Assembly: GCF_006345805.1 (NCBI RefSeq)
Contig: NC_042997.1
Location: 207,824,001-207,888,000 of the forward strand
Reading direction: 5' to 3'
Origin: Octopus sinensis
Taxonomy: Eukaryota
DNA: 64,000 nt
Positions 10,401 through 23,600 of this stretch are shown here, one piece after another (the first letter of the stretch is position 1; each line of letters opens with the position of its first letter). The notes below the pieces were generated by a model that was not told the DNA's origin, did not search any database, and saw only the letters and a list, made by a program, of their open reading frames with translations. The translations under genes were made by a program, and so were the position numbers.

Positions 10401-11402
10401 ACAAGAAAAATTTAGATTCAGACGTATTAAGTACTTAAGCTGAGGCACCAGAATTTAGTATGGTATTATCCATACAGTTTCAAAATAGCGTGATTAAAAT
10501 CAAAATAAGCAACAGGACATCCAGAGGTAATGCAGTACGATCGTTTCAAGCAACTCTGTTTAATTGAACAATGCAATCATTACATCAATTGAAATGCAGA
10601 GCAATCCTCAGCTGCATAAATACATAGGATTAAATTAAAACAGATGGACACATTAGTATAATTTTACCTAAAACCTCCAAGAAGGTAAGGAGATAGACAG
10701 AGATCATGCTGTTTTCACTTCAGCTTAGAAGTTACTAAGGCATTAGGAAAAGAAACTTTTAAGGATTTAGCTTAGTCACTGATGTTTTTTGGGAGGTCAA
10801 CTTTAATTTATAGTCTAGTTTATCTTTGTACATGAAGATGAAAGGCAGAAGAATAATACGTACTGTCTGTTAGGGAAGGGGCCAAGAGAGTTGAAAGAAA
10901 TCATAGTGGGAATAGCCATAAAGCTATCAAGATTAATTTGAAGTAATACAATGAGATTTGGCAAAGGAAGATCTTAAATCAAGATGCTAGTTATTCAATT
11001 AAAAGGGCAAGACTCCAGTAAACCAATAGTGATAATAAGGGGAATTTTATCATGGGGTGTTTTAGTTGAATGATTTGAACAATATTACTATAATGAATAA
11101 AGTTAAATTTTAGGGTTATCATGAAAAGTTAATTAAGAAGAATATTTTAACCAAAAGGATAAAATTTTTGAATACTCTTAAGTATATACCAAACATTTAC
11201 CACAAGAGAGAGAGGATAGAACATCACATAGAAATATTATAATATTTATTCATATCATACACCCAAAATATTAACTTATCAGGTGGTGTCTATGAAGACT
11301 GATAATTGGCATTTACTGGCATTTAATAAGAGTACTGAAGTGAAAGAATATGCTGACTATATGGTTATTAAATTATAATCTAAGCATTTAATAATAGTAC
11401 TG
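10401..11402 (-). mobile_element. (TA)n-flanked element carrying a hammerhead motif; probable Penelope-like/retrozyme-type remnant
   Basis: Bounded by TA runs at ~10390-10400 and ~11404-11411; contains a minimal type I hammerhead. No recognisable ORF, so the class is inferred. Confidence 0.45.
10530..10617 (-). ncRNA. Minimal type I hammerhead ribozyme motif (possibly degenerate)
   Basis: Minus strand: AUGCAG-CUGAGGA-[57-nt helix II region]-GAAA-C-GAUC-G-UA-CUGCAU. Perfect 6-bp helix I, intact core boxes, palindromic GAUC loop III, GUA cleavage triplet; the base of helix II is mismatched. Confidence 0.7.
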
Positions 11403-11502
11403 TTATATATAAGCTAGATATGAATTTCCTAGGGGTACAAAAATTAGGTTTGATTTCATAAAGGCTATTACATGTGCATGTATATATATATGCATATACA
11501 CA

Positions 11503-12092
11503 TGCTTGAGAAGACTCAACAAGCCAAGTGAGAGCATAACCCATGGCCTATGCCAGTAGGTGTAACCAGCCCACTTACAAGTACCCTGCATTCATTGGAC
11601 AATAAACTTCGCTTGCAAAGACCTGTTGAGGCAAGTGAAAACAAAATCAGAATTGCAGACATGGCTGATGACAGTACTGCTTGATTGGCACTTGTGCCAG
11701 TGGAACATTGAAAGCACATCCAAGCTGATTGGCTCCCATGCTGGTGGCACGTAAAATGCACCATTCGAGCATGATCGTCGCCAGCACTGCCTTACCGGCA
11801 CATGTGCCGATGCCATGTGAAAGGATAACATTCAAGTGTGGTCAATGCCATAAAACACCTTTGAGCATGGATGTTGCCAAAACCGACTGACTGGCTCGCG
11901 TGCTGGTGGCACGTAAAATCACCCACTACACTCTAGGAGTGGTTAGCACTAGGAAGGGCAACCAGCTGTAGAAACTCTGCCAGATCAGACTGAGCCTGGT
12001 ACGGCCTTCTGGCTCACCAGCCCTCAGTCAAACCGTCCAACCCATGCCAGCATGGAAAGCAGACGTTAAACAACTATGATGATGATGATGAT
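11503..12092 (+). mobile_element. RTE 3'-tail repeat with internal ~60-bp subrepeats and (GAT)n tail
   Basis: Matches the sequence following RTE coding ends at 47295-47855 and 54900-55460. Confidence 0.75.
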
Positions 12093-12098
12093 GTGTGA

Positions 12099-12137
<39 letters not shown>

Positions 12138-12248
12138 CATATATAATAATAATAACAAAGGGTAAAATTGATTAATTAAGAAGGAATCAATAATTTCACC
12201 AAGTAGAATTCAGTATGAAAAAAGGACCGTTTCACGGCAAACTTAGAT

Positions 12249-12454
12249 AAAGATTTGCTTCACCACACACCGAAGTTTAGAAATAGCCGCCAAAAATCTT
12301 AGCTATTTCTTCTACTTTAAAAAGGGTCTTCCAGAGAAACCAAAATACTTGAAGGTTATTCGGTTTCTCTGGAAGACCCTTTTTAAAGTAGAAGAAATAG
12401 CTAAGATTTTTGGCTGCTATTTCTAAACTTCAGTGTGTGGTGAAGCAAATCTTT
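12249..12454. repeat. 93-bp inverted repeat with 20-nt spacer
   Basis: Arms 12249-12341 and 12362-12454 are reverse complements with 2 mismatches by manual comparison. Confidence 0.9.
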
Positions 12455-12965
12455 GCTGAAACCTTTTATTAGTATATCCAGTACAATATGTTGCATAGTT
12501 GGGTTGTTGGCAACTAAACTGGTACGCCCACCAGAATATCCTGGTGAGGAGGGTTGCTAGAAACCCAGCAAGATTACAAACAAGAAGTCGGATGAACCTA
12601 ATGCAATAGACCGCGTATGCAGAATTTCTGGGATGGTGTCTGGCGTGCTGACAGACCACTGGGAGTGAGGTGCCCCTCAGCTTCTGTTGAAGCATGTTTC
12701 TAGAAGGTCACTCTGATATAAAACCAGATATGCAGGGAACGGCAGTGGAAATTTTGGGGATCTTTGGTTTGTGCTAGAGATCATGGCGTTCCCACATCCC
12801 TGAGCCTATGACTCATATTGGCACCAGACATCTCACTTTGATTTGTCTCTGGGTAATGACAATAAAGTGGAGAGGGTCTATGAAATATCGTGCAAGCCTT
12901 ATTAGACCTACACCTGTAGTCAGGCATTGCTGACCTCTGCTCGATGTGTGCTGATTTTTTCCCCC

Positions 12966-13010
<45 letters not shown>

Positions 13011-13859
13011 TTATTTATTTATTTATTTTCAGTATATATGTATCTTTATTCTTAGTATATATTTATATATGTATTCATTTTTAGTATATTTTTATTTTAT
13101 TTTTATTCGGAAGTCCAACAGTGAAGGGAAGGTGGTGAAGCAAGCAGACCTTACAGGTTGAAAGCATGTAGTCAGCGACCTGCACGTAGGTGGCCCATGC
13201 TAGATATAAAATCATCTCCTTGCCGCCCAAGACAGTGGTAAAATTCAGTTGCTGCATGGGTGTCTGAGCAGTTCAATTTGGAGAGGGCACCACTCACCTT
13301 GAGGCCAGGGAGGTTGTAGAAAAGGTGCACCAAAAATTGCCTGTCTTTCTAGATCTGGTCAGTTTAGCATGACTCAAACAACGAAAACGCGAAATCAATG
13401 CTAGTTTAGTCCAGAGACTGCTTGTGCACGAAATCAAATTGAATGCTGGATCAGGAACGAACCCAACAGAAGGGGATTCTGACAATGAATGAGAGCCAAA
13501 TGGAAAGAGATAGGACTCTTCAAAACAAGTGAGCATCTGTTAGGTGACCAGGCAAGAGCAATTAGAGCAAAAACATGGAAATTGAAGAGATAAAAAGAAA
13601 AGTAGAAAACAGAAATAATCCTTCACCAACAGATAACGTGCCCAGTGAGAACAGAGAAATAAATAACGGCAGTGAAGATGTAGAACAAAGTGTAAATGTA
13701 AATGAATTCTCCACAAATTAAGCAGAAGTAATAGGAAGAGCTGTATCACAAGAATACGGTGATGACCAACAAGATGTAGAGAGGATATATTTAAGAAGAC
13801 CAGGATCAAGACCCTTCCCCCCATAATCTGAGGTACATTGACTGATGCAAGATCAAGGT

Positions 13860-14680
13860 TGATTCATTTCTTGGGCTATTCCATACGAGAAATATAACTA
13901 ATGCTAACAAGATTATTTAGGGTGCAGCAATTGTTGCTGCAGATAGAATTGGATACAAAAGGAAAGAACAAACAGAACGTAAAGAACTGTTCTGGTGTAG
14001 AGGAATTTGTGAGGAACAAAGACATTTTGATAGATTGAGAAGAGGGGAATTGCAGAACGATAGTATAAGAATGATGCTGGAAAGAACAGATGAGATAAGA
14101 GATAAATTGTATAATGTGATATTGGAAGAATTGAAACAAAGAGTTGGAGCAATCAAAGCAAAAGAGGAAAGACATTACAATAGAAGAAAATAATTCAAGC
14201 AGAACAGATTGTTTGAAGCAAATCAGAAGGAGCTGTTTAGGAACTGGATGGGCAATTACGTATAACAATGATACCAGAAGTAGAGGAAAGTAGGGCATTC
14301 TGGAGAGGGATCTGGGACCAATCTGCAGATCATAATAATGAAGCTGAGTGATTGCATGAAATCCAAAATAGGTTAAGAAATATAGAAGGCAAAAAAGACA
14401 TAAAAATAACTACAGAAATGATAAAAAAAGCAGTTAAGAAAATTCCCAAATCGGAAAAGCCCAGGATTGGATGGGGTCACGGGTTATTGGACAAACAAGC
14501 TGAGAGAGCTTCGTAAAAGGATAGCGCAACAGCTAGATGAGTGCTTGTGGGAAGGTGCAGTACCCAGCTAGAAGACGAAGGGACAGACATTGTTATGTGC
14601 CAAGGATCCTGGGAAGGGAAATGTTGCATCCAACTTTAGAACAATATCATGGTTTTTGCTCATGTGGAAACTAATGTCAC
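13860..14680 (+). mobile_element. R4/Dong-like LINE, N-terminal-to-RT-start remnant, cut by the satellite
   Basis: [42 protein letters not shown] remnants with stops and frameshifts. Confidence 0.75.
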
Positions 14681-14686
14681 CTAATT

Positions 14687-17600
14687 TCTCCTGAAATTGC
14701 TGGCCTTGCGCCAAAATTTGAAACCAAAACTCCAGTGTTGTTTATGGTCAATAAAATAAGTACCAGTTGAGCACTGGGGTAGATATAATTGACTTACCCA
14801 CTCTCCTGAAATTGCTGGCCTTGAGCCAAAATTTAAAACCAAAATTCCAGTGATGTTTATGGTAAATAAAATAAGTACCAGTTGATCACTGTGGTTGCTG
14901 TAATTGACTTAGACACTCACCTGAAATTGCTAGCCTTGTGCCAAAATTTAAAACCAAAATTCCAGCGATGTTTATGGTCAATAAAATAAGTACCAGTTGA
15001 TCACTGGGGTAGATATAATTGACTTAGCCACTCTCCTGAAATTGCTGGCCTTGAGCCAAAATTTAAAACCAAAATTCCAGTGATGTTTATGGTCAATAAA
15101 ATAAGTACCAGTTGATCACTGGTGTTGATGTAATTGACTTAGACACTCTCCTGAAATTGATGGCCTTCTGCCAAAATTTAAAACCAAAATTCCAGTGATG
15201 TTTATGGTCAATAAAATAAGTACCAGTTGATCACTGGTGTTGATGTAATTGACTTAGTCACTCTCCAGAAATTGCTAGCCTTGTGCCAAAATTTAAAACC
15301 AAAATTCCAGTGATGTTTATGGTCAATAAAATAAGTACCAGTTGATCACTGGGGTTGATGTAATTGACTTAGCCACTCTCCTGAAATTGCTGGCCTTGTG
15401 CCAAAATTAAAACCTAAAATTCCAGTGATGTTTATGGTCAATAAAATAAGTACCAGTTCAGCACTGGGGTTGATGTAATTGACTTTGCCACTCTCCTGAA
15501 ATTGCTGGCCTTCTGCCAAAATTTGAAACCAAAATTCCAGTGATGTTTATGGTCAATAAAATAAGTACCGGTTGAGCACAGGGTTTGATGTAATTGACTC
15601 ACCCACTCTCTTGAAATTACTGGCCTTGTGCCAAAATTTAAAACCGAAATTCCAGTGATGCTTATGGTCAATAAAATAAGTACCAGTTCAGCACTGGGGT
15701 TGATGTAATTGACTTAGCCCACAACTGAAATTGGTGGCCTTGTGCCAAAATTTAAAATCAAAATTCCAGTGATGTTTATGGTCAATAAAATAAGTACCAA
15801 TTGGGCATTGGGGTTGATGTAATTGACTTAGCCACTCTCCTGAAATTGCTGGCCTTGTGCCAAAATTTGAAACCAAAATTCCAGTGATGATTTTGGTCAA
15901 TAAAATAAGTACCAGTTGAGCACTGGAGTTGATGTAATTGACTCACCCACTCTCTTGAAATTACTGGCCTTGAGCCAAAATTTGAAACCAAAATTCCAGT
16001 GATGTTTATGGTCAATAAAATAAGTACCAGTTGAGCACTAGGGTTGATGTAATTGACTTAGACACTCTCCTGAAATTGGCGGCCTTGTGCCAAAATTTGA
16101 AACCAAAATTCCAGTGATGTTTATGGTCAATAAAATAAGTACCAGTTGAGCACTAGGGTTGATGTAATTGACTTAGACACTCTCCTGAAATTGCTGGCCT
16201 TGTGCCAAAATTTGAAAGCAAAATTCCAGTGATGTTTATGGTCAATAAAATAAGTACCAGTTGAGCACTGGGGTTGATGTAATTGACTTAGACACTCTCC
16301 TGAAATTGGTGGCCTTATGCCAAAATTTGAAACCAAAATTCCAGTGATGTTTATGGTCAATGAAATAAGTACCAGTTGAACACTGGGTTTGTGATGTAAT
16401 TGACTTAGTCACTCTCAGAAATTGGTGGCGTTGTGCCAAAATTTTAAACCAAAATTCCAGTGATGTTTATGATCAATAAAATAAGTACCAATTGAGCAGT
16501 GGGGTTACATGTAATTGACTTAGCCACTCTCCTGAAGTTGCTGGCCTTTGCCAAAATTTAAAACCAAAATTCCAGTGATGTTTATGGTCAATAAAATAAG
16601 TACCAGTTGAGCACTAGGGTTGAGGTAATTGACTTCGACACTCCCCTGAAATTGCTGGCCTTGTGCCAAAATTTGAAAGCCAAATTCCAGTGATGTTTAT
16701 GATCAATAAAATAAGTACCAGTTGACCACTGGGGTTGATGTAATTGACTTAGACATTCTCCTGAAATTGGTGGCCTTGTGACAAAATTTAAAACCAAACT
16801 TCCAGTGATGTTTATGGTCAATAAAATAAGTACCAGTTGAGCACTGGGGTTGATGTAATTGACTTAGACACTCTCCTGAAATTGCTGGCCTTGTGCCAAA
16901 ATTTGAAAGCAAAATTCCAGTGATGTTTATTGTCAATAAATTAAGTACCAGTTGAGCACTGGTGTTGATGTAATTGACTTAGCCACTCTCCTGAAATTGC
17001 TGGCCTTGTGCAAAAATTTGAAACCAAAATTCCAGTGATGTTTATGGTCAATAAAATAAGTACCAGTTGAGCACTGGGGTTGATGTAATTGACTTAGCCA
17101 CTCTCCTGAAATTGCTGGCCTTGTGCCAAAATTTGAAACCAAAATTCCAGTGATGATTTTGACAATAAAATAAGTACCAGTTGAGCGCTGGGGTTGATGT
17201 AATTGACTTAGCCACTCTCCTGAAATTGCTGGCCTTCTGCCAAAATTTTAAACCAAAATTCCAGTGATGTTTATGGTCAATAAAATAAGTACCAGTTGAG
17301 CAGTGGGGTACATGTAATTGACTTAGCCACTCTCCTGAAATTGCTGGCCTTGCCAAAATTTGAAACCAAAATTCCAGTGATGTTTATGTTCAATAAAAAT
17401 AAGTACCAGTTGAGCACTGGGGTTGATGTAATTGACTTAGACACTCTCCTGAAATTGCTGGCCTTGCCAAATTTAAAACCAAAATTCCAGTGATGTTTAT
17501 GGTCAATAAAATAAGTACCAGTTGAGCACTAGGGTTGATGTAATTGACTTAGACACTCTCCTGAAATTGGTGGCCTTGTGCCAAAATTTGAACCAAAATT

Positions 17601-20600
17601 CCAGTGATGTTTATGGTTATAAAATAAGTACCAGTTGAGCACTGGGGTACATGTAATTGACTTAGACACTCTCCTGAAATTGCTGGCCTTGTGCCAAAAT
17701 TTGAAAGCAAAATTCCAGTGATGTTTATGGTCAATAAAATAAGTACCAGTTGATCACTGGGTTGATGTAATTGACTTAGACACACACCTGAAATTGCTGG
17801 CGTTGTGCCAAAATTTAAAACCAAACTCCAGTGATGTTTATGGTCAATGAAATAAGTACCAGTTGAGCACTGGGTTGATGTAATTGACTTCGTCACTCCC
17901 AAGAAGTTGGGCGTTGTGCCAAAATTTTAAAACCAAAATTCCAGTGATGTTTATGGTCAATAAAATAAGTACAATTGAGCAGTGGGGTACATGTAATTGA
18001 CTTAGCCACTCTCCTGAAATTGCTGGCCTTGTGCCAAAATTTAAAACCAAAATTCCAGTGATGTTTATGGTCAATAAAATAAGTACCAGTTGAGCACTAG
18101 GGTTGAGGTAATTGACTTCGACACTCCCCTGAAATTGCTGGCCTTGTGCCAAAATTTGAAAGCAAAATTCCAGTGATGTTTATGATCAATAAAATAAGTA
18201 CCAGTTGACCACTGGGGTTGATGTAATTGACTTAGACATTCTCCTGAAATTGGTGGCCTTGTGACAAAATTTAAAACCAAACTTCCAGTGATGTTTATGG
18301 TCAATAAAATAAGTACCAGTTGAGCACTGGGGTTGATGTAATTGACTTAGACACTCTCCTGAAATTGCTGGCCTTGTGCCAAAATTTGAAAGCAAAATTC
18401 CAGTGATGTTTATTGTCAATAAATTAAGTACCAGTTGAGCACTGGGTGTGATGTAATTGACTTAGCCACTCTCCTGAATTGCTGGCCTTGTGCAAAAATT
18501 TGAAACCAAAATTCCAGTGATGTTTATGGTCAATAAAATAAGTACCAGTTGAGCACTGGGTTGATGTAATTGACTTAGCCACTCTCCTGAAATTGCTGGC
18601 CTTGTGCCAAAATTTGAAACCAAAATTCCAGTGATGTTTGGTCAATAAAATAAGTACCAGTTGAGCGCTGGGTTGATGTAATTGACTTAGCCACTCTCCT
18701 GAAATTGCTGGCCTTCTGCCAAAATTTAAAACCAAAATTCCAGTGATGTTTATGGTCAATAAAATAAGTACCAATTGAGCAGTGGGGTTGATGTAATTGA
18801 CTTAGCCACTCTCCTGAAATTGCTGGCCTTGTGCCAAAATTTGAAACCAAAATTCCAGTCATGTTTATGGTCAATAAAATAAGTACCAGTTGATCACTGG
18901 GGTTGATGTAATTGACTTAGACACTCTCCTGAAATTGCTGGCCTTCTGCCAAAATTTAAAACCAAAATTCCAGTGATGTTTATGGTCAATAAAATAAGTA
19001 CCAGTTGAGCACTAGGGTTGAGGTAATTGACTTAGACACTCTCCTGAAATTGGTGGCCTTGTGCCAAAATTTGAAACCAAAATTCCAGTGATGTTTATGG
19101 TTAATAAAATAAGTACCAGTTGAGCACTGGGGTACATGTAATTGACTTAGACACTCTCCTGAAATTGCTGGCCTTGTGCCAAAATTTGAAAGCAAAATTC
19201 CAGTGATGTTTATGGTCAATAAAATAAGTACCAGTTGATCACTGGGGTGATGTAATTGACTTAGACACTCTCCTGAAATTGCTGGCGTTGTGCCAAAATT
19301 TAAAACCAAAATTCCAGTGATGTTTATGGTCAATGAAATAAGTACCAGTTGAGCACTAGGGTTGAGGTAATTGACTTAGAACTCTCCTGAAATTGCTGGC
19401 CTTTGCCAAAATTGAAACCAAAATTCCAGTGATGTTTATGGTTAATAAAATAAGTACCAGTTGAGCACTGGGTTTACATGTAATTGACTTAGACACTCTC
19501 CTGAAATTGCTGGCTTGTGCCAAAATTTGAAAGCAAAAATTCCAGTGATGTTTATGGTCAATAAAATAAGTACCAGTTGATCATGGGGTTGATGTAATTG
19601 ACTTAGACCACTCTCCTGAAATTGCTGGCGTTGTGCCAAAATTTAAAACCAAAACTCCTGTGATGTTTATGGTCAATGAAATAAGTACCAGTTGAGCACT
19701 GGCTTTGATGTAATTGACTTCGTCACTCCCAAGAAGTGGTGGCGTTGTGCCAAAAATTTAAACGAAAATTCCAGTGATGTTTATGGTCAATAAAATAAGT
19801 ACCATTGAGCAGTGGGGTACATGTAATTGACTTAGCCACTTCCTGAAATGCTGGCCTTGTGCCAAAATTTAAAACCAAATTCCAGTGATGTTATGGTCAA
19901 TAAAATAAGTACCAGTTGAGCACTAGGGTTGAGGTAATTGACTTCGACACTCCTGAAATTGCTGGCCTTGTGCCAAAATTGAAAGCAAAATTCCAGTGAT
20001 GTTTATGATCAATAAAATAAGTACCAGTTGACCACTGGGGGTTGATGTAATTGACTTAGACATTCTCCTGAATTGGTGGCCTTGTGACAAAATTGAAAAC
20101 CAATCTTCCAGTGATGTTTATGGTCATAAAATAAGTACCAGTTGAGCACTGGGTTGATGTAATTGACTTAGACCCTCTCCTGAAATTGCTGGCCTTGTGC
20201 CAAAATTTGAAAGCAAAATTCCAGTGATGTTTATTGTCAATAAATTAAGTAACAGTTGAGCACTGGTGTTGATGTAATTGACTTAGCCACTCTCCTGAAA
20301 TTGCTGGCCTTGTGCAAAAATTTGAAACCAAAATTCCAGTTATGTTTATGGTCAATAAAATAAGTACCAGTTGAGCGCTGGGGTTGATGTAATTGACTTA
20401 GCCACTCTCCTGAAATTGCTGGCCTTGTGCCAAAATTTGAAACCAAAATTCCAGTGATGATTTTGGTCAATAAAATAAGTACCAGTTGAGCGCTGGGGTT
20501 GATGTAATTGACTTAGCCACTCTCCTGAAATTGCTGGCCTTCTGCCAAAATTTTAAACCAAAATTCCAGTGATGTTTATGGTCAATAAAATAAGTACCAA

Positions 20601-23600
20601 TTGAGCAGTGGGGGTGTACAGTAATTGACTTAGCCACTCCTGAAATTGCTGGCCTTGTGCCAAATTTAAAACAAAACAATTCCAGTCATGTTTATGTTCA
20701 ATAAATAAAATAAGTACCAGTTGATCACTGGGGTTGATGTAATTGACTTAGACACTCTCTCCTGAAATTGCTGGCCTTGTGCCAAAATTTGAAACCAAAA
20801 TTCCAGTGATGTTTATGGTCAATAAAATAAGTACCAGTGAGCACTGGGGTTGATGTAATTGACTTAGCCACTCTCTGAAATTGCTGGCCTTCTGCCAAAA
20901 TTTAAAACAAAATTCCAGTGATGTTTATGGTCAATAAAATAAATACAAATTGAGCACTGGAGTTGATGTAATTGACATAGACGCTGTCTTGAAATTGCTG
21001 GCCTTGAGCCAAAATTTGAAACCAAAATTCCAGTGATGTTTATGGTCAATAAAAAGTACCAGTTGAGCATTAGGGTTGATGTATTGACTTAGACACTCTC
21101 CTGAAATTGGTTGCCCTTGTGCCAAATTTGAAAGCAAAAATCCCAGTGATATTTATGGTCAATAAAATAAGTACCAGTTGAGCACTAGGGTTGATGTAAT
21201 TGACTTAGACACTCTCCTGAAATTGCTGGCCTTGTGCCAAAATTTGAAACCAAAATTCCAGTGATATTATGGTCAATAATATAAGTACCAGTTGAGCACT
21301 AGGGTTGATGTAATTGACTTAGACACTCTCCTGAAATTGGCGGCCTTGTGCCAAAATTTGAAACCAAAATTCCAGTGATGTTTATGGTCAATAAAATAAG
21401 TACCAGTTGAGCACTAGGGTTGATGTAATTGACTTAGACACTCTCCTGAAATTGCTGGCCTTGTGCCAAAATTTGAAAGCAAAATTCCAGTGATGTTTAT
21501 GGTCAATAAAATAAGTACCAGTTGAGCACTGGGGTTGATGTAATTGACTTAGACACTCTCCTGAAATTGGTGGCCTTATTCCAAAATTTGAAACCAAAAC
21601 TCCTGTGATGTTTATGGTCAATGAAATAAGTACCAGTTGAGCACTGGGTTTGATGTAATTGACTTCGTCACTCTCAAGAAGTTGGTGGCGTTGTGCCAAA
21701 ATTTTAAACCAAAATTCCAGTGATGTTTATGGTCAATAAAATAAGTACCAATTGAGCAGTGGGGTACATGTAATTGACTTAGCCACTCTCCTGAAGTTGC
21801 TGGCCTTGTGCCAAAATTTAAAACCAAAATTCCAGTGATGTTTATGGTCAATAAAATAAGTACCAGTTGAGCACTAGGGTGAGGTGAGGCTTGACTTCGA
21901 CGACACTCCCCTGAATTGCTGGCCTTGTGCCAAACTTGAAAGCAAAATTCCAGTGATGTTTATGATCAATAAAATAAGTACCAGTTGACCACTGGGGTTG
22001 ATGTAATGACTTAGACATTTCCTGAAATTGGTGGCCTGTGACAAAATTTAAAACCAAACTTCCAGTGATGTTTATGGTCAATAAAATAAGTACCAGTTGA
22101 GCACTGGGGTTGATGTAATTGACTTAGACACACTCCTGAAATTGCTGCCTCTTGTGCCAAAATTGAAAGCAAAATTCCAGTGATGTTTATTGTCAATAAA
22201 TAAGTACCAGTTGAGCACTGGTGTTGATGTAATTGACTTAGCCACTCTCCTGAAATTGCTGGCCTTGTGCAAAAATTTGAAACCAAAATTCCAGTGATGT
22301 TTATGGACAATAAAATAAGTACAGTTGAGCACTGGGGTTGATGTAATTGACTTAGCCACTCTCCTGAAATTGCTGGCCTTGTGCCAAAATTGAAACCAAA
22401 ATTCAGTGATGATTTTGGTCAATAAAATAAGTACCAGTTGAGCACTGGGTTTGATGTAATTGACTTAGACACTCTCCTGAAATGCTGGCCTTCTGCCAAA
22501 ATTTTTAAACAAAATTCCAGTGATGTTTATGGTCAATAAAATAAGTACCAATTGAGCAGTGGGGTACATATAATTGACATAGCCACTCTCCTGAAATTGC
22601 TGGCCTTGTGCCAAAATTTGAAACCAAAATTCCAGTCATGTTTATGTTCAATAAAAAAAGTACCAGTTGATCACTGGGGTTGATGTAATTGACTTAGACA
22701 CTCTCCTGAAATTGCTGGCCTTCTGCCAAAATTTAAAACCAAAATTCCAGTGATGTTTATGGTCAATAAAATAAGTACCAGTTGAGCACTAGGGTTGAGG
22801 TAATTGACTTAGACACTCTCCTGAAATTGGTGGCCTTGTGCCAAAATTTGAAACCAAAATTCCAGTGATGTTTATGGTTAATAAAATAAGTACCAGTTGA
22901 GCACTGGGTACATGTAATTGACTTAGACACTCTCCTGAAATTGCTGGCCTTGTGCCAAAATTTGAAAGCAAAATTCCAGTGATGTTTATGGTCAATAAAA
23001 TAAGTACCAGTTGATCACTGGGGTTGATGTAATTGACTTAACACTCACCTGAAATTGCTGGCGTTGTGCCAAAATTTAAAACCAAAACTCAGTGATGTTT
23101 ATGGTCAATGAAATAAGTACCAGTTGAGCACTAGGGTTGATGTAATTGACTTAGACACTCTCCTGAAATTGCTGGCCTTCTGCCAAAATTTGAAACCAAA
23201 ATTCCAGTGATGTTTATGGTTATAAAATAAGTACCAGTTGAGCACTGGGTACATGTAATTGACTTAGACACTCTCCTGAAATTGCTGGCCTTGTGCAAAA
23301 ATTTGAAAGCAAAATTCCAGTGATGTTTATGGTCAATAAAATAAGTACCAGTTGATCACTGGGGTGATGTAATTGACTTAGACACCTCCTGAAATTGCTG
23401 GCCTTGTGCCAAAATTTAAAACCAAAACTCCTGTGATGTTTATGGTCAATGAAATAAGTACCAGTTGAGCACTGGGTTTGATGTAATTGACTTCGTCACT
23501 CTCAAGAAGTTGGTGGCGTTGTGCCAAAATTTTAAACCAAAATTCCAGTGATGTTTATGGTCAATAAAATAAGTACCAATTGAGCAGTGGGGTACATGTA

